Shown one piece after another: positions 18,088 to 29,500 of a stretch of DNA of 64,000 nt. Within the stretch, counting starts at the first letter, position 1. Each line of letters starts with the position of its first letter. The translations under genes were made by a program, and so were the position numbers. A model generated the notes under the pieces. The model was not told the origin of the DNA, ran no database searches, and worked only from the letters and a program-made list of their open reading frames with translations. Origin of the DNA: Candidatus Bathyarchaeota archaeon (GTDB taxonomy: Archaea; Thermoproteota; Bathyarchaeia; Bathyarchaeales; Bathycorpusculaceae); contig CAWABA010000006.1 in the NCBI GenBank assembly GCA_963780185.1, positions 160,001-224,000 on the forward strand. The letters are read 5' to 3'.

Positions 18088-21000
18088 ATGAGAAGTTAAG
18101 TCTTCTAAGATTTTAGGTTTAATTATTATCTCACTTTTTGTTTTATCCACAGCGAATGCAGTATGGGGTGCTGGAGTAAACATCAACTACGCTGCAAACA
18201 ACCCAACCAATAGGCGTGGCTTACGATTGGGGTATGGGCGAAGTATTCGTAACTAACTATGCGATCCGACTCCGTTTCAGTAATATCCGACGCCACCAAC
18301 ATCATAGTTGCAACCGTTAACGTAGGATACCAACCCATACTGTTTAGCATATGACTCCGCTAAAGGAGAAATATTCGTAACCAATCCAGGTTTTTCCACA
18401 GTTTCAGTAATATCCGACAGTAACAACTCCGTGGTTGCAACCATTAACGTAGGATCCTACCCCGAAGGTATAGCTTATGATTCCTCCAAAGGAGAGATAT
18501 TTGTTGCTAACGAAGGAGCCAAACACAGTTTCGGTTATTTCAGACATCAACAACACCGTGATTGCAACCGTACAGGTGTAGGATCGCAACCATACGGCGT
18601 AGCATATGATTCCAGTCAAAAACGAGGTATTCGTAGCAAACTCTAACTCAACACAGTTTCGATTATAGCGGATTCAAACAACACCGTGATTGCGACTGTA
18701 AACGTTGGACCTCAACCAAGCGGAGTAGCCTATGACTCTGCCAAAGGCGAAATATTTGTCACCGATTACGGAAACAACACTGTTTCAATTATTTCGGATA
18801 GCACAAATGCTCGTAGTTGCAAATGTGCCTGTTGGGACTCTCCGTATGGGGTGGCTTATGATTCTGGCAAAGGCGAGATTTTGTAACCAATCAGGGTTCC
18901 GAATTCAGTGTCATTGATTTCAGACAGCACCAACTTGGTACTTGCGAATTGACTGTAGGATACCAGCCCTACGGATTAGCCTACGATTCCAGCAGAGGCG
19001 AAGTGTACGTCGCCAACTATGGGGCAAACTCTATCTCAATATTATCTGATAGTCAGCAACTCGGGAGTAGCAACCGTGGCTACACAGAATCCCCTTGGCG
19101 TAGCATATGATTTTGCAATGGGCGAAATCTTCGTGGCTAACCGGGCAACCAACTTCGTCTCAATCCTGTCAGACACCACTGACGCGTTCAGTCACAACCC
19201 AGTCGCAACCGTGACGGTGGGTTTTGACCCGTACGGAGTAGTTTACGATTCAGGCAAAGGCGAAATCTTCGTTTCCAACTATGGAAACAGGACGGTTTCA
19301 GTCATCCCAGACGGAAGCAACACAGCAACCGTAAGCATACACGTAGGAAGCAACCCAGCAGGCCTTGCTTACGATTCCGCAAAGGGTGAGATATTTGTGG
19401 CAAACTACGGATCTAACTCGGTTTCAGTCATATCGGACAGCACCAACACAGTCGTCGCAACCGTGACTGTAGGAACCAACCCCGAGGGCTTAGCTTACGA
19501 TTCTGCGAAAGGCGAAGTTTTCGTAACAAATTACGGAGTCGGGTTCGGTTTCAGTCATATCTGACACCAGCAACACGTGGTCGCAACCGTAAACGTGGGA
19601 ACCAACCCGGCAGGCGCAGCTTACGATTCCGCGAAAGGCGAAGTATTTGTTGCTAACTTCGGCTCTGGCACGGTTTCAATCATCTCCGACAGCACAAACG
19701 TTGTTGTTGGAAGCGTGACAGTGGGAACGCAGCCTGACGCAGTGGCCTACGATAACTCCGTTAACGAGGTGTTCGTGACAGATTACGGGTCAAATGCAGT
19801 CTCAGTAATATCTGACGTAACAAGCGCGGTCGTGGCAACAGTCTCGGTGCAAAGCAACCCTGCGGGCGCTGCCTATGATTCGGGCAGAGGAGAAATATTC
19901 GTAAGCAACTATGGATCCGGCTCAGTTTCGGCACATATCGGATAGCACGAACACCGTTAACGTGGGAAGTTACCCGCAGGACTTAGCGTTTGACTCCGCG
20001 AAAAATGAAGTTTTTGTTGCAGCGGCTGGCTCCAACGCAGTTTCAGTTATTTCAGAAACCACCAACACAGTGGTGGCAACTATACCCGTAGGGCGTTTCC
20101 CATACGGCGTCGCTTATGATTCTGGCAAAGGAGAAATATTCGTAAGCAACTATGGAGAAACATCCCCTCGGCAACACAGTTTCAGTCATATCCGACACCA
20201 CCAACACCGTGGTTGCAACCGTAACTGTTCAATTGGGTCCGAGCGGTTGTGCGTATGATTCTGGAAAAGGCGAAGTCTTCGTAGCTAACTGGGAAAACAA
20301 TTCTGTTTCAGTCATATCGGACGCCACCAACACCGTTGTCGCAAACGTGACAGTTGGCTACGACCCGTACAGCTTGGTTTACGATCCGACACATGGGCAA
20401 GTCTTCGTAACAAACTACGGTGACAACACGTTGGAGTCATTTCGGATTCCACCAACACCCAAGTTGCAACAATATCCGTCGGGTCACGTCCAACATTCAT
20501 GGCGTATGACTCTGCCAAAGGCGAAATATTAGTGGTAAACCAGGAGTCTGACACGTTTCGGTCATATCGACTGCTACTGACACAGTGGTCGCAACGGTGA
20601 CATTGCCGTCAGGGTCACATCCTGAAGACGTAACCTACGATGCAGCCAAAGGCGAAATATTCGTATCGAACGAATACACCAACTCCGTCTCAGTCATATC
20701 GGACAGCACCAACACCAGTTGTTGGCTCCATCTCTGTAGGTTCACTTGCCTACGGCATAGCCTGTGACCCCGTAAAAAGCGTAGTATTCGTAACCAACGC
20801 CTACTCATACACAGTTTCAATCATATCCGCCTTAGCTGCTCCATCATTGTCTTCTTCTCCGCCTGCAGTCGATCAGGGACAAACCTCAACCCTCACCGCA
20901 ACTATGACTACGGGGGCAGGGACCATACATCTACCAGTGGTTTGAGAAATCCCCTACGGGAAACTACGTCGCCGTCGGCTCCAACTCCGCCACCTTCAAC

Positions 21001-22220
21001 TTCGCAACGACAGGTTCAACTGCGCAGGGCAACTGGGCTTTCATGGTTCAAACAGCCGACAACTCAGGCGCAACAGTGAACTCTACAAGCCTGGTCATCG
21101 GGGTGTATCCCGCAGGCGCCTTGATTCCTCCAACAGTGACTGCTTCAATCGTCAAGTTGGATCAAGGTCAAACGTCAACTTTAACTTCCACGGCGATGAC
21201 TACAGGCGTTTCCCCTTACACGTACCAGTGGTTCAGTAAGGCTCCAAGCGCCTCCGTCTACTCAACGATTGCCTCTGCAACTTCCAGCAGCTACAGTTTC
21301 GCAACCACAACTTCCACAGCTACAGGCGTCTGGAGCTTCCTGCTTCAAGTGTCAGATTACACAAGTACAAAAGTGAACTCAACCGCAGCAACAGTCACAG
21401 TCAACGTCACTCCAACAGTTTCAATAACCCCCGCCGCATACACGATGGATGTTGGCCAAAGCAACATTTTCACTGCTAACCCGTCGGGCGGCTCAACTCC
21501 CTACGTCTCTTACCAGTGGTATGTAGGCGGAATAGCCCAAAGCGGCATGACCGCATCGACCTACCGATATTCAGCCACCACCGCAGGCACACCCGTAATC
21601 ACAGTGACGTTGACCGACAACGCAGGCACAACCTCACCTCAATCGGCAGCCCCAACGGTGACAGTGAATTCTGCTTTAGCTGCTCCAACCGTATCCGCCT
21701 CATCTGCTTCCGTGACTCAGGGTCAAACTTGCAGCCTAACTTCGGCTCCAATCACAACAGGAACATCGCCATACACGTACTTGTGGTTCTGGGAAGCTGC
21801 CGGCGCCTCTTCTTACTCAATGATTAGCGGTGCGACTTCATCGAGCTACAATTTTGTAACCTCATCTTCCACGGGCATTGGCAACTGCAATTTCATCCTT
21901 CAAGTTACAGACAACACCGGAGCAGCCGTAAACTCCACTGAGACGCTAGTCGCCGTCAATGCACCTGCAGCCACCCCTCCACTCCGCCACCAAGCAGCCC
22001 AACACCAACCCCGGTTGTAAGCTCCCCCACTCCAACACCAACCGACCCCTCGTCAAACCATCTGCTAACCCCATCGCCGACACCTAAAGTAACTGCTTCT
22101 CCATCACCGACTCCAACCACACCCGAATTTGGTCCTGAAGCAGCCATCATAATCATGCTAGTAATGGTTGTCGTGACATCCAGCGTGATTGCAATCTCCC
22201 AAAGAAAACCGAAGAACTGA
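18088..22220 (+). CDS. Large YVTN beta-propeller/Ig-like surface protein with PEF-CTERM-type anchor (many frameshifts)
   Basis: Many VG..P.GVAYDS.KGEIFV.NYG.NSVSVISD repeats across frames; P/T linker; TPEFGPEAAIIIMLVMVVVTSSVIAISQRKPKN*. Confidence 0.8.
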
Positions 22221-22487
22221 CAACAACTCCAGCAACAAGCAATCCAAAGGTTCGCTGCGTCTTACATCTGGCTTGAGGCGCCTTAGGTGGGCTCTTATGC
22301 CAGCAGCGCTGATTTCAGCACCGGGCTTTTCGCACTCAAGATCCTCATCATCCTCACGTCTTCGGGGCCAGAGTCGTCATCGCCCACCCAACTAAAAAAC
22401 TTGCTCAATAACCTTTAAACATTCAGGTAAATCCCCAAGAAAGCTCGCCAAAGTTTAAACGTTCGAAAACGGCAGTAAAAAGCTAAA

Positions 22488-23028
22488 GTGAGCCATATGC
22501 CGTTTTGCCGAAAATGTGGACGTTGCCTTCCCCCATCCAGCGAAAACTGTACTGAATGCGGAACCTCAACCACCGGCGCAATAATTAAAGTCAAAAAAGA
22601 CATCTGCCGCCCACACACACAAAGCCCCGCCGAAAACAAAAATCGCCAAGGTTGTTTGCTCCAGAAGCCGAAACTGCCGTTTCAGTTAAACACTGTCATC
22701 TCAACTGAGCCAGCTCCCAAGCCTACCGCTCCAGCCAAAAAAGAGACCTCCCGCTAAACCAACCGCCAAACTAAGCCTGCTGTCGCTGCCGAGGAGCCTA
22801 AACATGAAATCAAACAGAGCAAACTATCCATCGAAGAAGACATCATCACCAACCCCCACGACTACGAAACCCAAACCTTCGATTTTGACCTCAGATGCCG
22901 CACACGACCATTTCTTCCCAGCCGGCAGCACGCTCCCAGTATCAAAAGGAAAAGCATACTGCCCCATATGTGGAGAACAACTAAGAAACAACGAACACGG
23001 AAAACCCCGCAGATACCACGAGTTTTAA
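22488..23028 (+). CDS. Protein with N- and C-terminal zinc ribbons (frameshifted)
   Basis: MPFCRKCGR...CTECG at the start; HDHFFP...YCPICGE at the end. Confidence 0.6.
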
Positions 23029-23107
23029 TAAAATTTTGTCAAAATTCAAGTTGGGTTTGCTTAGTGTCAACTGCCATCGTTGAAGGCGGTTTTATTTTGG
23101 AGCTGAG

Positions 23108-23177
23108 TGTATATGGAAAGTGTATATGCATTCCGTATATGCTTTACCCTCTATCGGGTGCCTACGCGCGAACACAA
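23108..23177 (-). repeat. Dispersed ~70 bp element, copy 2
   Basis: Reverse complement reads ACCCGATAGAGGGTAAAGCATATACGGAATGCATATACACTTTCCATATAC. Confidence 0.75.
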
Positions 23178-23251
23178 CAGTCTAGCTGACGATAGTTCGG
23201 CAGTTCATCGAAGGTTTAAGGCTTCAAATGGGGGTAAAAACGCCAAAAAAA

Positions 23252-23275
23252 GTTAGTCAAGAAAATTGGACTAAC
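23252..23275. promoter_or_regulatory. Palindromic operator candidate GTTAGTC-N10-GACTAAC
   Basis: Perfect 7-bp inverted arms 7 nt before the wHTH gene start. Confidence 0.6.
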
Positions 23276-23282
23276 CGTCAGT

Positions 23283-24304
23283 ATGACATCTCTTGACGAA
23301 AACGCTTTTACATCAAGATCAACTAAACGCCTTTCGGTGGAACTGGATGGGAAAACAAGTAGTTCTCGGTTTAAAACACCCCCCGAAAGAACAGAAAACA
23401 ACCGCGACTTATCAGCAATAATAAAATCCCTCGAAGCAAACTGCAGAGGCTGCTCCCCGATTTCTCCGCTACAATGCATAGACCGATGCCAAACCTACAA
23501 GCTGAAAAACGAGCTGCGGACGCTGCGGAAAGCGTTGGCTAATCCCAGCTACCTAAAAGAGCTTTTCAACGTACTGAAGAATGAGACGCGGCTCCTTATC
23601 CTTCAAACCATCGCAAACGGCAGGTTCAATGTGGGTCAGCTTCAGCAGAAACTCAAAGAGGCAGGTCAAAGCCACAGCCAAAGCACGATCTGCGACGAAT
23701 ACATGCATCCTCTAATGGCCGTCGGCTTAGCCGCCCAAGTGGGAGAAGAATACTATGCCACCGCTTTTGGTCTCCGTTTGATGCAGGTGACTCGCGGACT
23801 TTCGAGAGTTCGCTCCAAAAGCTGCCTGCCCGATCAGAATGCTACGAAGAAACTCTTTTGCAAGCGTTGCTTACTGGACCAAAAACCTTCAAGGACATCG
23901 AGCCGATTGTTCTACAAAAAAACGTTTCACGCGTACTCAAACGCTTATGCTAAGCCAAATTGATTGACACGCCGAAAGAGAGAGACTACATTTTCTTCTT
24001 CAGATCAAAACGCGACCCTAAAAAAGAAAGCTTCACGCAAACCGAGAAGAAAATCTACGAAGCCATCGCCGACGGAGGAATCAGCGCAGGATGCCTCGCT
24101 AAAGACACAGGGTTTCTCAACCAGAATAATCTACAAGTATCTGCGGGGTTTGAAGGGCAAAAAACTGGTTTTCAGCAGAAGAACATTGAAGGCTTACCGT
24201 TTAACTGGCGTTGGCGAAAGACTTGCTTCGTCGATGAGCTTGTTCAGCAAATAGTTGAAGACGCATGGAACTCAACTGAGCTAGTCTGCAAGATACCTGC
24301 GTAG
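23283..24304 (+). CDS. Cys-cluster + multiple winged-HTH transcription regulator (frameshifted)
   Basis: CRGC-x7-C-x3-C; LKNETRLLILQTI ArsR-like HTH; further HTH-like pieces in ORFs 23960 and 23964. Confidence 0.65.
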
Positions 24305-24317
24305 TTAGAGGTCAGGT

Positions 24318-24953
24318 TCAAACCCTGACGCTTATTTCCATACCGTCGTCGCCTACCTGCACGTAGCGGCTTCCGTATTTGCCCGATTTCCTAACGTAAT
24401 CCAAGTAGTCGCTCATTTGCTCAGCGAAGATTCCAGCGTTATCCGCCACAACAACCGTTCCCTCATGAAACTTGTCTTCGGCAAGCTTGAGGTACTGCAA
24501 GTACTCGCTTTTCTCTGCGTCGATAAAGGCAAAGTCAAAAGGCCCATCCAAAGTGGGAATAACCATCCACGCGTCGCCCATTATAATCGTAATTTTAGGC
24601 TCCAAATTTGCCTCAACAACATTTGCTCCAGCCTTTTCAGCCTCTTCCCGGTGGATTTCAATCGAAACTATCTCGGCGTCTGCGTCAAGTTCTTTGCCCA
24701 TGAGGATTGCCGAGTATCCGATTAGGGTGCCGACTTCCAGAACATGCTGCGGCTTAGCTTTCCGAACTTCGGCAGCCAAGATTTTGCCTTTGCGTCGCCC
24801 CACAATCGGCAGAAAATCCCGCAATGACGACTCTTCTATTTGCCATAAGACTTCGTCGGCGTTGCTTTGTTTGATTTCGTTTCCGTCATAGGGGCGCCTT
24901 GATTTTGTCGATGAAATGGTGTTGCAGCTTCGCGATTTTGGGTGCGATGACAA
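24318..24953 (-). CDS. Class I SAM-dependent O-methyltransferase (true start near 24889)
   Basis: VLEVGTLIGYSA, FDFAFIDAEK, VVADN. Confidence 0.88.
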   Translation of the reverse strand: MSSHPKSRSCNTISSTKSRRPYDGNEIKQSNADEVLWQIEESSLRDFLPIVGRRKGKILAAEVRKAKPQHVLEVGTLIGYSAILMGKELDADAEIVSIEIHREEAEKAGANVVEANLEPKITIIMGDAWMVIPTLDGPFDFAFIDAEKSEYLQYLKLAEDKFHEGTVVVADNAGIFAEQMSDYLDYVRKSGKYGSRYVQVGDDGMEISVRV

Positions 24954-25449
24954 CTTGGCAGTATGGTTCTTTGGGGTGCTTCTTGTAGTAGTCTTTATGG
25001 TAGGTTTCAGCTTTGTAGAACACTTTGAGCGGCTCCACGGCGGTGACTATCGGCTTGTCCCAGATGCCTTCTTTGGTGAGTTCATCGATAAGTTTCTCCG
25101 CCTCAGCCTTCTGTATTTCGTTGTGGTAGAAGATGGCTGACCTGTACTGTGTGCCAACGTCGGCGCCTTGCCTGTTAAGCGAGGTGGGGTCGTGGATTGT
25201 GAAGAAAATCTCCAGAATTTCGCGGTAACTTATGACTTTGGGGTCGAAGAATATCTGGGCGGCTTCCGCATGCCCCGTGGTAGCCAGAAGAAACCTCCTC
25301 ATAAGTCGGGTTAGCCACCGAGCCGCCTGTGTAGCCAGGCTCAATCCGCTCCACACCCCTAATAATACTGTACGCCGCTTCCGTGCACCAAAAACAGCCC
25401 GCGGCAAGCGTCGCAACCTCCAAACTGTTTTCTCGTCAGATTGACTCAT
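24886..25449 (-). CDS. msrA: Peptide methionine sulfoxide reductase A (frameshifted)
   Basis: [10 protein letters not shown] and PGYTGG in one frame; [31 protein letters not shown] in another. Confidence 0.9.
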   Translation of the reverse strand: MSQSDEKTVWRLRRLPRAVFGARKRRTVLLGVWSGLSLATQAARWLTRLMRRFLLATTGHAEAAQIFFDPKVISYREILEIFFTIHDPTSLNRQGADVGTQYRSAIFYHNEIQKAEAEKLIDELTKEGIWDKPIVTAVEPLKVFYKAETYHKDYYKKHPKEPYCQVVIAPKIAKLQHHFIDKIKAPL

Positions 25450-25597
25450 TTATTTATCCTTCCAAAAAGCTCCAGTATATTTCAGTGCTAAGGAAGCTTT
25501 GAACTTAACGGTTTGTGGCTGTCAACAAACAACAACCTATTTTGCGAATTTACTTTTTCCACCAATAGTGGATAGCTCTATATGATTCCTGTTTTTC

Positions 25598-25615
25598 AAT
25601 CAGGAAATTTTGACT
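25598..25615. promoter_or_regulatory. Degenerate AGTC-N10-GACT operator-like site
   Basis: AATC AGGAAATTTT GACT in the divergent msrA/surface-protein intergenic region. Confidence 0.4.
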
Positions 25616-25792
25616 AATCTTCTCAAGAAACTCCAAGAATTGATTGTTGTTTTTGGTAAGGGTTAATGTTTGAAACGTTCAACTGAAAGATCGCAATATC
25701 CAACTATAGAGTTTTGCTCATTTTTTCCATTAATCCTTATATGGTTAACTTGATTGATGACTAAGCAATCGAGAAAGGAGAGAATTAACGAA

Positions 25793-26274
25793 ATGAGAAA
25801 AATCGTTTCAGTATCAATAGCCATGCCTAGTTATCTGCAGTTGCCTTGCTCCTCTGGCTTTCGCAAAAACAGAACACCTATATACTGCTTGATCACAGCC
25901 CATCTGGCGCCGCAGTTCCTTCGGGAAATGTACAAATGACCGCCATAACTTCGGATCCTCAAGTAAACACAGTTATATTCTATTGGGATGGCCCAGGCGG
26001 AATTTCATTCACTGACACAGTAACCTCATCGACTGGCACTTTCACCTCAACCCATCCAGCAACTGATTCAGGTCAATGGTACGTAACAGCAGACTTCGGA
26101 TATTTCTCTAGCGGAATTTGGAAGAGCAAGAGTAATGTGGACGACCAATTCACCGTTAACACTTTTGTGCTTCCCGAATCTTCATTGGGAACCGCGATGG
26201 CTATAGTTGCCCCTCTACTTGCAGTGGCTCTTTTGTTTGTTGTGAAACGCAAGAGTCAATCCGCGATTAGATAG
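25793..26274 (+). CDS. Small secreted Ig-like protein with PEF-CTERM-like (VLPES-TM-basic) tail; 5' frameshift
   Basis: MRKIVSVSIAM signal start; FVLPESSLGTAMAIVAPLLAVALLFVVKRK. Confidence 0.65.
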
Positions 26275-26527
26275 GGGATTCAACTCTTTTTTTGTTTTCT
26301 AAACGATACTCATCGGAGATTTTTTGTTAGTTGTGAAAGCTGCACTGTAAATCCTTGGATTGACTCGTCAGATACATTTGCCAATAATCAATTGAAAAGT
26401 CTCACGACAACAAACATGTCTTTCCTCAAAAATGACGAATAGAATGGTTATTTTGATACCAATTTATTGAAAAATTTATTAGCAACCGCTTGCTTACCCG
26501 CCCTTCAATATTGAGGGGAGGAGTAAA

Positions 26528-29500
26528 ATGAAGCGTATTTCACTAGTTATACTACTATTATTCATAACCGTTGTTTCATTGGGGTTAATTGCAACGTCAA
26601 AAGCGGATACCCCGAATCTGCCAGTTGGACCGGTAACCTTGACTGTTTTGACACACAATGCAAACGACCCATGTTATACCACCTTCTCGTTAAGCGGCAT
26701 ACCCTCCGGGTTCCCGATATCTGACGGCGTTTTCTATGGCTGGTGCGGAGACAATGCATATCCCTATGAGAGCGCAACAATTTACATGTACCCCAGCCTT
26801 TCTTCTTCGCTGCCTGCCTAGCTTAGCGCAAGTAAACTGGAATGAAGTCAACTACATTCTGAACCATAAGTTAGGCACATCCACTGATGTGCAGTATGCA
26901 CTATGGAATATCATAGACGGCTTTCAGCCATCCCATCATTTGTATCCGAACGCTTGGACAATGATAAACAATGCAAACGCCAACCCTAACTATTCGCCCC
27001 CCCTCGGAGGCGTTATGGCAGTTGTATGCGCCAGCCAAGACTGGAACAGCATCACAACTCCACCTGATACTGCATCACAACCTTTGCTGATTACACTTGA
27101 AGAAAAGGTAACTTCAACCACGGTTACGACTTTGTCGAGTTCAACGATTACTCTTGGACAATCAGTCGAAGATACCGCGACTGTAACTGTCGGCGCCACT
27201 GGGCAAGTGCAGTTCGAAGTCTCCACAGACGGAAATATCTTCAGCCAGTACGGCGGCGTCAAAACTCTCTCAGGCGGCAACCCAAACACCGCAGTTTCCG
27301 ACAGTTACATTCCTTCAGCGCCAGGAACCTACTATTTCCGAGCTGAATACCTTGGCGACTCCAACTACTACAACTCTCAAAGCGCAAACAACGAGGAACC
27401 CCTCACCGTAAACCAAGCAACCCCAAGCATAGCGACCACCACGAGTACCCCAACACTGACTTTAGGTCAAAGCATCCATGACACCGCAACCGTTGTAGGC
27501 GTGTCTGGTTTCGTTGATCCAAGCGGCTCGGTTACCTTCTGGGTTTCAACTGATGGATTAACATGGAGTCAGGTTGGTGGATCTGTCAGGCTTAACCGCG
27601 GGCGTTGCGACTTCTGCTGATTTCACACCCACCGCAGCGGGAACAATACTATTTCCAAGCGCAATACTCCGGCGACAGCAACTACCTCTCGGTTGCCAGT
27701 GACGCAGCCAGCGAACCCTTCAGCGTGGGGCAAGCAACAGCGACCGCCTACACTTCCTTATCCACTCAACTTTAACCCTGGGCGAATCCGTGACAGACTC
27801 CGTAACCGTTACGGGTTTAGGCGGCAACTACCCGTTCCATCTGGCACAGTTATTTTCCAAGCCTCAACCGACAACGGGGCAACATGGGTCAACTTCGGTT
27901 CAACCAAAACCTACTTCCAAGCACGGTATTCAGGCGACGGCAACTACGTCGCAGTAAGCAGCGGCGTCACCGATGAGCCCTTCACAGTCAACCAAGCCTC
28001 ATCAAGCGTTTCAACCCAGCTGTCCACATCCACGTTAACTCTGGGCGGATCCGTAACTGATTCAGCCGCAGTCACGGGGACTAGGCACTGGTTTTCCAGT
28101 CCTCATAGGTGCGGTCCAGTTCCAGTTCTCAACTGATAATTGTGCAACTTGGGCAAATTTGGGCGGCGCCGAGGTTCTGACAGCGGGCTACGTCGTCTCT
28201 GACGGCTACACTCCATCCTGTGTCGGCACTGTTTACTTCAGAGCAATCTATTTGGGTGACAGTAACTACCTTGGCTCTCAAAGTGGCAACACAGCCGAAC
28301 CGTTAACCACAAGTCCCGCAACGCCAACAATTGTAACCTCTCTAAGCTCTTCAACGCTAAGTCTTGGGTCAAAGCGTCTATGACACAGCCACGGTAACAG
28401 GGTTGCCTGACTTCGTAGCTCCATCTGGATCAGTAACCTTCTGGGTTTCCACTGACAACGTCAACTGGATCCAAGTTGGCGGTTCCGTCAATTTGAACGG
28501 CGACGTCGCGGTCTCGACAAACTTTGTCCCAACCTCGGCGGGTCTGTATTACTTCCAAGCCAGATTTTCAGGTGACGGCAACTATTTGGCGGTTACCAGC
28601 GGAGCCACAGATGAGCCCTTCATGGTTAACCCGGCAGCATCAAGCATTTTCACCGTGCTGTCAGCATCAACTGTGACTCTTGGCGGATCGGTAACTGATT
28701 CAGTCACAGTTTCTGGCTTAGGCAACGGATTTCCTGCCCCCACAGGCACCGTTCTTTTCCAAGTATCAACTGACAACGGCGCTTCATGGAATTACTTTGG
28801 CCAAAGCAAGACGCTAACAAACGGCTACGCTGTTTCAGACAGCTACGTTCCTGCATCTGCTGGAACATTCTATTTCAGGGCAAGCTATCTCGGCGACAGT
28901 AACTATCTCGGATCGCAAAGCGACAACGCCGCAGAGCCCTTAACAGTTAACCTCGCCTCCCCAAGCATATCGACCACCCTCAGCGTTTCCACCCTTACTT
29001 TGGGCCAAAGCCTACATGATACCGCAACAGTAACGGGGTCATCTGGCTTCATAGCCCCAAGCGGGTCAGTGACGTTTTGGGTTTCGACTGATGGAAAAAG
29101 TTGGAGTCAACTCGGCTCCGCTGTCAGCTTAAACGGCGGTTCAGCTAACTCGCCCGATTTCATTCCCACGTTGACTGGCTCATATTATTTCCAGGCACAA
29201 TACTCGGGTGACAGCAACTACGTCTCTGTTAGCAGCGGCTCAACAAGTGAACCTTTCTCTGTCATTAAAGCTGTGTCAGGCGTTTCAACCCAGCTATCCG
29301 TATCCACCTTAACCTTAGGCGGATCACTTACGGACTCTGTGGTCGTCACAGGAGTAGGCAGCGGCTTCCCAACTCCACAAGGAACAGTTCAGTTCCAAGT
29401 TTCAACTGACAACGGCGTCACATGGAACAGCTTCGGCGTAACCAAAACTCTCTCAGGTGGTTTAGCAGTCTCAGACAGTTACAAGCCCACAGCTACAGGA

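Noticed and set aside
18200-20830. Nucleotide repeats as a DGR, CRISPR or recombination cassette
   Set aside because: They are degenerate coding YVTN repeats; no reverse transcriptase or adenine-specific TR/VR pair was seen
22189-22400. Short ORFs on either strand after the YVTN gene
   Set aside because: No recognisable motif or clean start; cannot be distinguished from noise
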